Positions 24,259 through 38,408 of a stretch of DNA of 64,000 bases are shown here, in pieces. Location of the stretch: assembly GCA_013239625.1 (NCBI GenBank), contig MU054323.1:11057815-11121814 (forward strand), written 5' to 3'. A model generated the notes under the pieces. That model had not been told where the DNA came from. It saw only the letters and a program-made list of their open reading frames with translations, and ran no database searches. Both the position numbers and the translations under genes were made by a program. This DNA comes from Lama guanicoe (lineage: Eukaryota). Within the stretch, counting starts at the first letter, position 1, and the number at the start of each line of letters is the position of its first letter.

Positions 24259-27200
24259 ACCTGGTTTCTTTTCTTCTCTTCCCTCTTCACTGGTCATTAA
24301 CTGTTGTTAGTGACTGGTAGTGTCTTTCAGAAGCTGGGGATGGAGGTCCCAGGGATGGAGGAGAGGGCTGCAGGTGAGGTTTCCTGGGCAGGGCCAGCTT
24401 CATGGACATGTGGCCAGTGAAGTCACACAGAGCCCCACACCCTAAGGGTGCCCTGAGGGATGGTTGCAGCTGGATAGGGACCACGGAAACCCCTGGACAT
24501 GAGTCCCCATTGCTCAGCCAGGAGAAGCATATTCGGCCTCTTCTTCATGGGGCCACCAAGGCAATAGGGGTCGGGGCCCCAGGGCAAGGGACACCCCACA
24601 ACCAAATTGCCCTGACCTGTGAGCTTCAGGAAGCATTTGGGAAAAAGACATGGGAGGCAACGTACAGCTGGGAAAAAGCCATCCTGAGTGTTGGGAGTGG
24701 AGTGTTCCCCCACTCTGTTCTAGTGGGGAGTCAACTGGAGAAACTGACTTATACCCTAACGTCACCATGGCAGAGAGAGCAGGGCTGTGAAAACGACCTG
24801 ATTTAAAAATAGAGCAAATGGTAAATAGGACCTCCATTATCCATCACCCAGATTCAACAATTATCAAACATGTCCTACCCTTGCTTCATTTATCCCTTTT
24901 TCATTTTTTTTCCTTTGCTGAACTATTTTAATGCAAATTCCCAGCATTGCGTCATTTCAGGATGCATCTCAAAAGTGTGAAAATTTCCTACAGAACCCCA
25001 ATGTCATTGTTATACCTAGCAAAATGAGCTGTGATTTCTTGATTAGCCAATATCTAGTCTCTAATCAGATTTCCTCAGTCTTCTCAAAATATCTCTTTAG
25101 AGATGGTTTATTCTAATCAGGATCTAAACAAGGTCAGCATGTCACATCTGGTAGTCTGTTTCTTAATTCTCTTATAGGTAATGGAGCACTCCACTGCCCC
25201 CTATTCATCACCTCTGTTTTTTCCTCCATACTCTTGATTTGCTGCAGAAATTGGCCCAATTGTCCTATAGGACAGCTTACCCAGCCATGGAGGGGAGACG
25301 CAGCGCAGGAACTGCTCTAGCGCTGGCTCGCCAGCACCCTCCTCAGGGGAGCCCTCCAGGCTGGGAGTGCGGCCAGAGGCTGAGGATGTCTAAGGCCAGT
25401 GCATCTGAGGTTTGCTGTTGATCAGAATTCAGAGCAAGGAAAAGGGCGTAGGTGAGCTTGTCTGGTTGAAAGTTCCTGGGCTACATGGAGGACAAAAGCA
25501 ACCAGATGTGGTGGTAAAGAGGACAAAGATACTGGGCACTGAGTCACTTGGGAACCCTGCCGGAGGATCCCCTCCATCTGAACTAGAAGTCCTGGCCTGC
25601 AGGTGGTCTGGCACACAGTCTTAACCCTCCACGACTGACCTCAGTGCCAAGGCCCTCCCTTCATTTTAAAAGGAAGAAGGAAGGAAACTAATATCCATGG
25701 GGGATTTGCTGTGTGCCAGGCACTTCACGAAAAAGTGAGGCTTATTAATATTCCCATTTTTACAAGTGAGCACAGCAAGGCCAAGAGAAACAAAAGGCCT
25801 TGCTTAAGGTTACAGGGCCAATTAATTAAAGAGCTAGAATTGGGTGCTTTTCAAACCCTCAGGACAGAGGCAGGTACAGTAGGGAGACGATCACAGACCT
25901 TGGGTTCTCATCCAAGCTCTGTGGTGTATGAATTCTTTAAACATAGGGATGGTAATCATGCCCTCTGAGCTTCAGCTTTCCTCTTCTGTAAAATGGGGAG
26001 CAACCTGCTTTGTAGGGTTCCTGTTCAGAGTAACAGTGATAATGCGTGCGAACGACCTGGTATCATGCTTGGCCCATAGGAGGAGCTCATGAAAGACAGT
26101 TATAACATTCACCACTTTTGCTCTTCACCTCTTCTGGGGGCCCGGATGGGGAAGCCCATCCAGGAATGGATCAAAGGGATCTGGGAGACTTAAGTCTGGG
26201 AGACTAAGTCTCTGGAACTAGTCCCCTCACCCACTGACCACCCCACCGCCCCCATCATGCTCAACCCCAGCCCAGCACACTAGCTGCTGGGTTACTCTGC
26301 AACATTCTGGATAATCTTTCAGAGAAACAACTTGACCAGAACACCAGAAAGAAGGCTCAGGACTTTATGTCACTTTCCTGCTTCCCAGGTAGATCTGGTC
26401 CCCAGACAGAAGAAGGACAAGGCGCCGGCTAAGAGCTGGGATGGGGGTTCGCAGAGGAGGTAACTGGAACATTACCTGTACCAAGTGTCCTACACTTGGG
26501 TGACATTTTATTCTGCTGCTTTCAGGGGTCTCCAGTGAGCAGAAGGGCTGTCTGTGGCCTGCTCTGCTGGTGCCTAAGCCTTTGCAGACCCACCTCGGAT
26601 TTCCCTGGGAGTTTGGCTCAGTACACCCACCTCCCGTGATGGGCAGCCCTGGGGCTCCCTTTAAAGGCTCTGGACTGAACACAGCCACCCTCAGTGGGAC
26701 TATGAAGGGCCAGGCAAGCACTCGAGGGCTGTTTCCTAGCCCGCCTGGGAAACATTTCATTTTCTATTTGCAGAGTCACAAATGTTGACTTTTGATCGCT
26801 TCCTCTCTCCCTCTGGGCCTCAAATCAGTGATGACAGCTATTTCATTTCTTTGTAATAGTTTTTTTTTCCTTTTCCCTATAAAGAGAAAAAGTCATGAGG
26901 GCTTGAAAAGGTTGTTAGAATACTGTAAGAGTTATTGCATACTAGCTCCTGGGGTGAGGAAGGAAATATCCAGCCCCCTCCATATAAAGCCAGTGGCAAT
27001 CATCAGAAGGGGGCTGAGTGGGGCACCCTTAAAGGCAGTGTTTTTAACCTTCCATATGTTTGTACACCATCCAGGGATCTTGTTACAATGCAGATTCAGA
27101 TTCAGTAGGTCTGAGTCCTGGATGAGGGAGGTCCACACTGCTGGTTCAGAACCATGCTCAGAGAAGCAGATGCTGAGGTTCTGCCTGTCTCTACCTTGCT

Positions 27201-30200
27201 CCAGTCCTGAGGTGCTGTGATGTATAAAAATTCCCAGCCATCTCCATGCAGCTGGGGCTGTGACGGGCAAGTGCTGGCCAACCAAGCTTCTCTTAGCAGA
27301 CACGTTAATATAATTAAAGCCCACTCTTAGATTCTTCTGCTCTGTTTAAATAGAAAGACATTCAGATATACACACATTTCTAAAGAAGGTGTCTTCGGAC
27401 CAAAGTGTGTCTCAGTAGTTCATACAAAGACTCTTATTGGGTGGTAGGGGGTCTTCCTTCTCTCTCTCCTTTCCATCCTTTGGGTTGTTTGTCCTTAAAA
27501 TTTTTGAGATTCAGCTCAACCATTATGATATTATGCTGAACCTTCTGCTATTCCACAAATGCGCAAGTCTCTGACTATCCAGTGGAAATTACCTTTTCCT
27601 TCTATATTTGCTAATTACTTATTAAAAATTCATATTCTGTATATTTAGTGCACATAGGCTCAACTTAAAGAAAATGCATTCATTATATAATAACTGAAAC
27701 ATAATGCAATGGATGATTATCATGCATTAGAAAGTGATCTCAGTTTTATAAAAGGATTCACTGAAGCATGCCTTCAGGTGATGAGCTCTTTTCTGGTCAT
27801 TTAACTATGAAAATGTTGCTCTCAGAGTTTGGGTTTTAATTGGTCTGAGGAGGGACTAGGGCCCTAATTATTTTTTAAAGCTCCTAGGGTGATTCTAATG
27901 CACATCCGGGTTTGAGAGCTACTAGGCTAAATGATGTCAAGCTTCTAACTTTAAACTGTTCACAGGACTTGCTGAATTCATTTAAATTCAACACACATTT
28001 TTGTACATCTGTTGTGTGCCAGGCACTACATAAGGCTGCAAATACATGAATAAGCCAGTCCTGTTTCCTACATTTGAGGTATCCAATGTCTAGCAGGGGA
28101 GATAAAACATACAGAATTAATTTTATCTGGAGGCCTCACATATAGTGAAATGGGAAAATGTTGTCTGTAATGTACAAATAAAAGGAGAGGAAGGAACGGG
28201 CAAACCTGTGTATCTATCTTCTCCATCATCATTACTTTCCTTCTCTCTTCCTCCTGGAGGGAATAGAAGACAGATTATATAGGAACATAATGAGCTGCAG
28301 GGCAGATGCTTGGCAATCAGATTTGAATTCTGGGGAGACTGGGCAGGGCTCTGGGAAACTGAGGTGTGTAGCCTTCCAGACTGGGTGATCTCTTAATGCA
28401 AAAATGCCAAACCTGCTCACATGTGGCAGAATATGAGATGGTTTTCAGCAGCTCCTCTGCCAAAACTGTCAAGTAATTCGAGTTGCCTTCTCTACCTCCT
28501 TTTTCTGAACACTTTCCCAGCCTCCAGGTTTGGGTGCCCTTCTTCCCAGATGTCCTCACCTGGTCCCTTCACTGCTTTAAGTTCCTCACCCATCCAGGCT
28601 TACCTGTCCCCAAATTACCTCTCACCAATGGTGTTCTGAATCGCTTGCTGCAAGCATCAATGAGCTGATCTGGATTCCATGTGGAGCTATGAATGGCCAA
28701 AAGACCCAGTCAAGAACAACTGCATTGTAAGATAAGTGTAAGATATTATACCCCTTTTATAGATAAGGAAACTGAGGCTCAAAGAATTGGAAAGATTTGC
28801 TCAATATCCCACAAAAGACAGGCGGTTCAAGCCTTCCTATATTTTAGTCTGATGCTAATAGTATGATATCATGATTTTCATTCTGTTCAGACACAGTAAG
28901 AGCTGGAGAAAAAAAAGAATCCCAGAGAAAGAAAATGATCTCAAAGAAGAAATGCAATTGAATGGATAGACTAGCTGAGGGCAATCTCACAAGTTACCAG
29001 AAGAGGGCAGAAGCCTGCCATTCTAGATGCTTACATCCTTTAAAGCCCACGGAGCTCTGGGAGTAAGTGTAGTAAGGAGTTTTCACTGAGAGGGAACCCA
29101 GAGAAAGAGCAGGGAAGCATCAGTGTGGACTGCTGCTGTCTCAGGTGGCATGCATCTAGGAGCCAGGGGCATGGAAAGAAAACTGCTCTCCACTTCTGGA
29201 CCCCCACACCCAGATGCTTCCAGGAGGCCTACAACAGCACAAAACACGGGAACATGCACAGGATCTGAATACAGACCATGCAAGATCTGCCAGTGTCTAG
29301 CTTGTGCTGCTTTCCCTTTGTGCACCTGCTTCTGCATCCATGAGCATTGTAGGAGCATTGGAATTATCAGGGTAAAAGCACTTTACAAACTATAAAATAT
29401 GCTGGCAGGCTAGTGGTGGAGAGTCCGAAGGCTGCTCCCCCTAGCGTCTCTCACTGGCAGGGAGCTGTTGAAAAGGGGCCCGTTGACACCTGTGATGGGA
29501 GGCCGGTGGGGAGGGGGTGTGGGGCTGGCATTTGAGGTGCTAGACAGAGGAGGGGATGCCACTACTGCCATTGTCTGGTCCGCGTCACTCTGACCTCAGG
29601 ACACTCCATTCCAGGTGATATGCTTCCAGTGGGATGCCTGTCCCTCTGGGGTCCTGTGTCCTCAGAGGAGAGCCCTGAATCCCCTGGGGAGCAGCTGAGA
29701 GGCCTGAGGTTCAGTGATGTGGCCCAGGGACTGCGGACAGAGTCTCCTCCCAGCCGGATACTCAGAACTGAAATGCTGCTGGTGAGGCTGAGTGTGAGAG
29801 ACCAAATGTCCCAAAGCGGCTCACCCACTACCCTGCACTCATCACAGTACTAGCACTTCACAGTTCTTCCCGGGAGCGCAACTTCCTCTCTCATTTGTGA
29901 TTTTGCTCATCAGGCACGCAATCCTGAGAGGGAGTTGGGACAGATATGGTTTTAACTCCAATTTTTTTAAGATGAAGAAACTCTCAGCCAGCTTAACATT
30001 TGTCCAAAGCCACACAGTGGTTAAAAAACAACAAAAACAAAAAAACCCCGAACAACCAAGAATCTGGTCTTATGGCCCGAAAGACACTACCTTGTGCTAA
30101 TATTTCTATTAAGAGAGATCCTCCATCTCTTTCCATCTGCTCTCTCTCTTTTTAAATTCCCAGTGTAGAAATATAAGGTCATCATTTTCAACTTGTGTAC

Positions 30201-30839
30201 ATGATCGTTGTCAAGCCATGCAGAGATCTTCTCTTATTTTGTTTGATTTTATTGCATTTTTCATGATCCACAATTTGAATTTCCACTCAACACCTCTTCT
30301 CACGCCTTAAATGGGCACCGCCTCCTATCTGGTTGTTTGGTTGGCTGGGTGGTTTTTCATTCATTGATTCATTTGTTTATTCATTGATGAATTCATTGAT
30401 TTGGAGGCTAGAACCAGATACTTTTCTGACCAATACTGTGTCTAAGGTGCTATTAACAAGCATTTTTTGTTATTGTTGTTCACAACTCATGAACCCCAAC
30501 CTCGGGTCCTCTTTCTCCATATTCCTAGTCATTTCCCATTTGTATGTCTATGCTTTGCTCATCCCCTACTCCTGCCATCCCCAAGTACGTTACCTGCTAC
30601 TTGTGCCTACTTGGTTTGTTTTATTCTTATTGGCCCCTGATTTGTTTTATATTATTCTAGGCTTTATCACCTTGGAGGTGTTTCCCTGCTAATTCTGTAT
30701 TATTTGTGTATTTACTGTACATGTCTCTGAGTCCTTCATCCAAGTTGGTGACAGTGATGTCCACAATCAACCACTTTAGTCAGTCCTCACCATCACCTAA
30801 AAGTCTGAGTAAACTCCTTATAAGGCTGACAGTCAATCA

Positions 30840-31050
30840 CTGATACACCAAGAGAACTTTCCATGATCATGGAAATGTTCTATATATTTTTGTGTTGTCT
30901 AATATGTTAGCCATTAACGGTATGTGTCTATTTGAGCAGTTGCAGTGTGGCTTGTGTGACTGAGGAGCTAGATTTTAATTTTAATTAACTTAAATTAAAA
31001 TTTAAATAGCTTCATGTGGCTAGTGGCTATCTGTTGGAAAGTACAGATCT
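30840..31050. mobile_element. MER3-like hAT-Charlie element
   Basis: agaactttccatgatcatggaaatgttctata...gtgactgaggagctagattttaatttt...tttaaatagcttcatgtggctagtggcta. Confidence 0.8.
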
Positions 31051-31054
31051 GTTG

Positions 31055-31210
31055 CATTACTACCCAAAATGTGGCCCCTCCACCAGCAGCACTGCCCTCT
31101 GGAAGCTGGGAGCTTGTTAGAAATGCAGAATCTTAGGCACATAAAATTCTACTGAATTAGATCTGCATTTTAGCAAGATCTTTGTATGATTTCTATGCAC
31201 ACTGAAATTT
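31055..31210. mobile_element. MER5-family element
   Basis: ctgggagcttgttagaaatgcagaatctt...ctactgaattagatctgcattttagcaagatc. Confidence 0.7.
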
Positions 31211-31224
31211 CTGCCTTCCTCCCA

Positions 31225-32330
31225 TATTTATTGAGTTATAATTGACATATAACATTGTGTAAGTTTAAGGCTTAAAATGGTGTTGATTTAATATACTTGT
31301 ATATTGCAAAGTGCTTACCACCATAGCTCTAGCTAACACCTGCATCACGTCATATAATTACTGACTATTTTTTGTGGTAAGAACATTTAAATTCTACTCT
31401 CTTCCAGGTATATAATACAATATCATTAACTATAGTCACCATGCTGTATGTTAGATTCCCAGAACTCTTTTATTTCACAGTCAGAAGTTTGCACTCTTTG
31501 ACCAACATTTCCTCATTTACCCCTCCCTGCAGCCCCTGGTAACCACCATTGCAGTCTATTTCCATGAGTTTAGCTTTTTAGATTCCACATATAAGTGATA
31601 TCATACACTATTTGTCTCTCTCTGTCTGACTTCTCTCACTTAGCATAATGCCCTCAAGGTCCATCCATGTTGTCACAAATGGCAGGATGTCCCTCTTTCT
31701 TGTGGCTGAATAACATTAATATATCACATATGAAGGGATAGAGAAGATGTGAGATTATATCTTATATCTCACATCTTCTCTATCCATTCAGCTATTGATG
31801 GACACTTAGGTTGTTTTCAGTCTTGGCTAATCTGAATAAAATGCTGCAAGGAACATGGGAGTGTAGATTTCTTTTCAAGACCGTGTTTCCATTTCCTTTG
31901 CATATATACCTAGAAGTAGGGTTGCATGACCATATGGTAGTGTTATTTTAACTTTCTTTGAGGAACTTCCATCCTGTTTTTCATAGTGGCAGCACCAGTT
32001 AACATTCCCACCAGTAGTGCAGAAGGGTTCACTTTTCTTCACATCCTTGCCAACACTTGTTATCTCTTGCCTTTTAGAGGGCAGTCATTCTAATAGGTGT
32101 GAGGTAGTAGCTCATTGTGGTTTTGATTTGAATTTCCCTGATGATTAGTGATGTTGAGCACCTTTGAACCTGTTGGCCATTTGTGTGTCTTCTCTAGAAA
32201 GAGGTCTTTTAAAAAAATCAGAATGTTTGTTTTTTGCCATTGAAGTGGATGATCTCTTTATATTTTTTGGATGTTAACCCTTTATCAGATATATAATTCA
32301 CAAATATTTTCTCCTATTCTATTGGCTTGA
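31225..32330 (-). mobile_element. L1 (L1MA-like) 3' portion, antisense
   Basis: Reverse L1 3' UTR and ORF2-end motifs: agattccacatataagtgatatcata, tccatccatgttgtcacaaatggcagg, ctcattgtggttttgatttgaatttccctgatgattagtgatgttgagca. Confidence 0.88.
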
Positions 32331-32339
32331 TGTTTTTGT

Positions 32340-34290
32340 TTAACTTTTTTTCCCTTTAAAGATATTATGCTCCTTTATAAGAATGATACTCAAATACTTC
32401 ATAGGTTGTTTTGTTGTTGCTGTTCAGAAAAAAATGGTATGCTTTTAATTTTTTTTAATTTTAATATACTTTTTATTGGTGATATAGAAGAAAGACCCTT
32501 ATAATATCTTTACTGGACAACTTGCTAAGCTTTCTTATTGATTCTAATAATTTGTTGACTATGCTGAGTTTTCAATGTGATCAGTTATAGTTTTTTAATA
32601 GTATAGTCAGTTTACAATGTTGTGTCAATTTCTGGTGTACAGCATGTTTCAGTCATACATATGCATACATATATTCATTCTCATAATTCTTTTTCATCAT
32701 ATTTACTACAAGATATTGAATATAGTTCCCTGTGCTATACAGAAGAAACTTGTTATTTACCTATCAGTTACAATTCTTTTTCTTTCCTTCCTATAGCTTT
32801 TATTTATTTTTCTGATTTTCTTTCTTTGGCTAAGTCTCTAAGACTGTGCTGAGCCATAGCAGTGCCAACAGGCACCCTAACTGTGGAGATGAATCTAAAC
32901 TTCTCCATGTACTATATATATTATAGATACTTAAAATGTAGCCTCCATCAACTTAAGAAAATGTACATTTATTATAGTTTTATGAGAGATTTGTTTTTAA
33001 AATTCAAATGTGTTTATTGGATGTAAATGATGTTCAAAATGCTTTTTGATATAAATGTTCAAATTTTAAAAAAAAAACATTTCTTGAGACAATCATGGAA
33101 TTCTTCTTCAGTCCATTAATGGTAAAAATTACATTAATAGTTTTTTCTCACGTTAAACTTTCCTGTATTCCAAAAATAAACCTTGCTTGGTCATAATTTT
33201 TTAAATACACTGTTGGATACAGTTAGCTAATACTTTATTTAGAATTTCATATCTATATTCAAACATGAACTAGCCTTTTAGTTTTTTGTTTGTTTTCGAC
33301 CATCCTTATCTGACTTTGTAATGAAGGTTAGACCAGTCATATAACAAAGGAGAAACTGATTTCTATTTTCTGAAACAATTTGTGTAAGTCAGGGTATCTT
33401 GACAAGTGGGTGGAACTTATCTGTAAAACCATTTGAGTCTAGGGTTTTTTTAGGAAGAGGGGAGTCTTTGATCATATTGTAATTCTTAATAGAATACTTG
33501 AAAATTCAATTGCTATTTATTATTGTTGCAGTTTTGGAATCTTATATTTTTCCAGAATTGTATCAATTTTAATATGTCTCCAAATTACAGTTCTTCATAA
33601 TATTGTTAGTCTGAAACTTTTTGTTATGTTTGTGTTTATTTCATAATTAATTGTATTAATTATCTCTTTCTTTCCTCTACTAATTTTGTCATATAGTATT
33701 TGGATAGTTTATAATCTTTTCAAGAAACCAGCTTATTTAATATCTTGTGTTTCTGCACTCTGTTTCTCTGATTTCTCCCCACCCTCTTCTCCTCCTTCTT
33801 CTTCTAGGTTTATTCTGGAGATTTTTTCTAGCTTCCTGAATTGAAAAATTAGCTCTAAGAATGTTTCCAAGCGGGTTTGGAGATAAGCCATCTAAAGCCT
33901 CATATGCTTGGTACTATTTCTATTTTACTTGAATTTAAATAATAGTTTGGCTGGATATAATATTCTAGGTTTGAAGTCCTTTTTCCATCAACTTTTAAAC
34001 TATTACTTCGTTGCTTGCTTGTAACAATTTTTGTTACTGAGGTTTCTTGTTATTCTGATTCTTTTTCCTTTTTAGTTGATCTACTTTTTCTTTATAAATA
34101 TTTTGAGAATTTTCCTTGCTGTTAATATTCTTAAATTTCACTACAGTATAACTAGATATGAGTTCCTTTTTTATCCACCTTGTTTAACACTGAATTCTTT
34201 CAACTGAAGTTTTATATTTTCTTTATTTCTGTAAAATTTCAACTATTATACCTGCAAATATATCCTCTCTCCTTAATTCATTTTCCCATT
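32340..34290 (-). mobile_element. Highly decayed old L1 (L1M/L1ME-like), antisense, interrupted by a younger L1 fragment
   Basis: T-rich sequence with reverse ORF2 motifs (ttggtcataa...tgttggatacagttagctaatactttatttagaattt; ggtggaacttatctgtaaaaccatttg). Boundaries approximate. Confidence 0.65.
32594..32762 (-). mobile_element. 5'-truncated young L1 3'-UTR fragment, same family as 1-650
   Basis: Reverse complement matches 465-620 (caagatattgaatatagttccctgtgctatac; tgtgtcaatttctggtgtacag). Flanked by atcagttatag (32580) and atcagttacaa (32763). Confidence 0.88.
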
Positions 34291-36429
34291 CTGGCTCCAA
34301 AGCCTGTGATCCTAACCACTACATCTCACTGTGTGGTGAATAAATGAATGAATGAATGAATGAATGAGCTAAGAGAATGGGGGAGTGGTGGTAGCCACAA
34401 GGCTGGAGCAGGAGTTGCTATGGGGCCAGGACAGCAACCAAGCTTCATGATAGTGCTGTGTGCATGACCTCTGTCAGGGTGGCAGCTCCTTTAGCAGGCC
34501 CGTCCCTGTGGGAGGAAGCACCTGAGGCAGCCAGCCGAGCCCAGTCATGCTCTAAGATAATGACCTGGGGTCAGTGCCTGCCATATCTTCAACTGGCTCT
34601 CCATATGACCCAAAGTGCCATTCTGACATCTGTGGGGAACCTGATGTGAGGCCAGTCTGACTCCCTCCTGTCCAGCTGTGGGACCTATAGCAATTTGCCC
34701 TCCTTTCTGAGCTCAGTTTTTTCTTCCATAACTTGGGGATAATGTCACTGTCCTGTCCAGCTTCCAGGGGTATAAGAGCAGCAAGAGAGATATTTAAGTG
34801 CTTGCAAACAAGGTGATGCTGTCATCAAGGACATACCACAGGGCACGTAAGAATCTCTGACCTTGGAGTCTGTGTTCTGAAGAGAGATCTCATGTGATGG
34901 TATGCAGTCCTTGATCTATCTTGCTTCCTTGGAGGGGAGTCTTCCACTCCCCACAGAGCTGTGGCTTTTCAGATCATTTGAAAAAAACATTTGAGAGGTA
35001 GAGCCAACTCCCTTCCAGATGGAGAAGCAACTCTAGGTGGTGATTCCTTGCGTTCTTCACCCTCCTCTCCCACATCCTTACCCACACCCTTATACCCTAT
35101 TACCCAACTCCATCCCCTCATCGTCCCCTGCTCTGGTTTCATTGAGTCTCTATTCTGGCCTTCCCTGCTTGGAAGAGGGTCACACCCTGAGCATTTCCCT
35201 TTCCCTATGCCCAGCAGAACTTCCTTTGCTGTATATGTACCTTGTGATCTGCTCTCAGCTAAGCCTAAGCTGAGGAATTCAATCTAAGGGTCTCTTGGAT
35301 GATAAGGGCTTTCTCCTCATGAATTATGCGTATTTTCTTTCAATAGGGCATCAAAAGTCTTAACACAGAGGTAGAAATATCAAGTCTCCTGCAGCCTGGT
35401 GGCAGGGAGAGGGGAGGGAGTTGTTCCAAGCCCTTCAAATAACCCATTTAAGCAGTGATGAGGACTCTTGAGAAGTATTCCCTTGGTTTCCAAGGCACAG
35501 ACATTTTTCTGAATGAGGTTCTCTCTTTTGGACCTAGAACCACCCCCTTCCTTTTGGCTTCTCTTCATGGCCACTCCCAGCAACCTTTCAACCTTTAGCG
35601 ATTCATGCTATTTCCTACCATCTCTTCTGTTTTATTTTTTAAGTAGATCTGATGCCCTTTTAATATTCTTGCCTTTCTGACCTTTCACAAAAGTCTTCCT
35701 TTTTCTATAGATTTATTTTAAGAGGTTTCAAGCATGAGGTAAGAAATTAGATTTGATTATCTTGGGCACCATCCAACCTTGAACTCATTGATTCTGTGAA
35801 ATTTGCTACGTGGTTAAAACTTAACTAGCACCACTGAGGACCACTAATGATTAAACCTGCAGCTATGTGGATGGTGCCCTTCTGCTTAATGAGAAGATAT
35901 AGCACTAACAAGTAAGTTCTTTGGCATTAAGATTAGTGAGTTACTCTGACTTTATCTAGTTTGAACATTGAAACTAGCCACATTCCCAATGTGCCATGGG
36001 AATCCCATCTTAGTAACGACAACAGTAGGTAACACAATATACCAGGTGCTGTCTTTACATGCATTAAATTATTTATTTCTCACAATAATGCTATGAGATA
36101 ATTAATATTCTCATCCCTACATTACAGAAGGGAAAACTGAGGCACAGTGAGGTTAAGTAATTTGCCCAAAATAGAGCTGGGATTCAACTCAGCAGTCTGG
36201 TCTCTACCACTATCCAAACTATCTCCTGAAACTTAGCAAAGATTACTGTTCACCCCCCTATATGTAATTATGCCATCATATCTCCTCACTGGGGACTATT
36301 GGAACACTCTCTATTACTCCCTTGTCATTATAATATGTGTCTGGGGTTTATCCTTTGCACACTGGGAAAGGTTGGAAGAATTAGGAGATCTTTGAAAGAG
36401 ATAAATACTACAAGTAAAAATACTGAAGC

Positions 36430-38060
36430 TACAATAAGAAATAGGAAGTGAGCAATGTTCGCGTCAAAGTGAGAAAGGCTGGAGAGGGGAGCAGAGGAGG
36501 AAACGAGGGCTTGAAAATCATAATCGCATGTTATACAAAATAAAATGAATAGGAACATTCAAAATCACAAAGGTGTCAAATTCATCTATAGAATGTTAAT
36601 TAAAGTCCAATAGGGTGTTTTGCTTTATTTGGAACTTGACAGTCTGAACCCAAAATTGATTCAAAAGAGGAAAGGGCCAAGAATAACTGAGAAGCAGTTT
36701 TGAAAAAGTACAAAGTGAAAGAACTTGCCCTCCCAGATATCAAGACTTATTATCAAAATAGTTAGTAATGAAGACAGTATCATTTGGGCAAAAGGATAGA
36801 TTAATGGAGCAGAATAGAGAACCTAGCCACCGGCCCACCCACACTTGGAAGCAATACAAGGCGGAGGTGACGTTAGAAATCAGTGTGGATCTATTTAATG
36901 ACTCTAAGGAGCAACTTTTCCATATGGAAAATACAAAATTAGATTTCTACCCTAGATCAACCCTAGGTAGATTAAAGAACTGAAAACAAAAAGTAAAACT
37001 TTAAAATACAAGATGAAAGTATAGAAAAAATTCTTCATGACTTAAAGAAGGATTTCTTTAAAAATACACACACATAAACAGAAACCAAAAAAATTGGGTA
37101 ATTTTGACGACATTAAAATTAACTTCTACACACAAAAAAAGGCCACTATAGCAAAGTGAAGAACAGGCCATAGCCTCGGAGAAGATATTTGCAATGACTG
37201 TAACATGTAAAGAAATCTTTTAAATTAATTAGAAAAAGATAAACAACACACGGGGGGAAATGGGCAAAGAATAGAAACTATTGATTTATAGAAGAGAAAC
37301 CCTGGGAGATCAATAAAAATACAGAAAGATGCTTGCTCTCACTATTAATCAAAGAAATACAAATTAAAACAATAATGTAATACTATACACACTCACTAGA
37401 TCAGCAAAAATTTATGTCATCCAATGCCAAGTGCTGGCAAAGATCTATTAAATCATGGAGTCTCATTCACTGCTAGTGGGATTATAAATTGAAACAAGTA
37501 CTTTGGAGAGCAAGTTGGCAGTTACTAGTAAAGTTGTAGGTGGTCATGTCCAGAAATTCCACCCTAGGCATATGGCTTTGTTTGTGTGCACAAGGAGACA
37601 TGTATTAAGATGTTTGCTACAGCATGGAAACAACCTAAATGTTCATCAACAAGAGAGTGAATGACTAAATTGAGTTATAACTATGCAGTGGAATACAATA
37701 CAGTATGTGTCAGCATAGATAAAAATCTCATAATTGTAAATGCTAGGGGAAAAATGCACATTGCAGAAGATTATGGTTATGTATACACACACATATAGTT
37801 GAAAAGCTGGCACAGCATAATAATACTTTATAATGTTTATGAATATATAAAAATGCAATAAATATAGTAAAAAATATAAAAACATGCACAAGGATGATTA
37901 ACACTGAATTCAAAACAGTGCTTTGCTCTGGGAAATGAGGGAGGAGAATGGGGCGGGGAGGAGTACAGAGGGAAACTCAATTGTATCTCTAATATTTACT
38001 TTCTTTAAAGTAGGAAGACTTGAAGCAAATAAGACAATATGCTAATATTTGCTAAAGTTG
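36430..38060 (+). mobile_element. Old L1 (L1ME-like) ORF2 3' region and 3' UTR, decayed
   Basis: cttgccctcccagatatcaagacttatt; gagaagatatttgcaat; aaagaaatacaaattaaaacaataat; ggaaacaacctaaatgttcatcaaca. Confidence 0.8.
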
Positions 38061-38061
38061 A

Positions 38062-38408
38062 TGTGGCCATCATTAGTGCTACCCATCAAATATTTCTGGC
38101 TCTCTGCCTTCCAGGCCCATGGTAGGATTGCATTTTCAATTTGCTTTGAAGTTAGGATTGACCTGAAGACTTTGGCCAAAAAAATGGAGTGGAAGGGACT
38201 TACATTTCTGGCCTCATGAGCCAGTACACAAAAGTGTTGGCTAACATGGCAGCCCAGAGACAAAACTTCTCTCCTTCCCAGGCCCTAAGGAGATATGACA
38301 TCTCCAGGTAACCTGTAGAGGACAGGTGGATGAGTGAGAAATCAACCTTTGTTGCTTTCAGGGGGTGTTTGTTACCAAAGCACAACCAACTCTGTCCTGA
38401 CTGATACA
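38062..38408 (+). mobile_element. MaLR LTR (MLT1J/I-like)
   Basis: tgtgg...catggtaggattgcatt...tttgaagttagg...gagtgagaaatcaacctttgttgc...tcctgactgataca. Confidence 0.7.
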
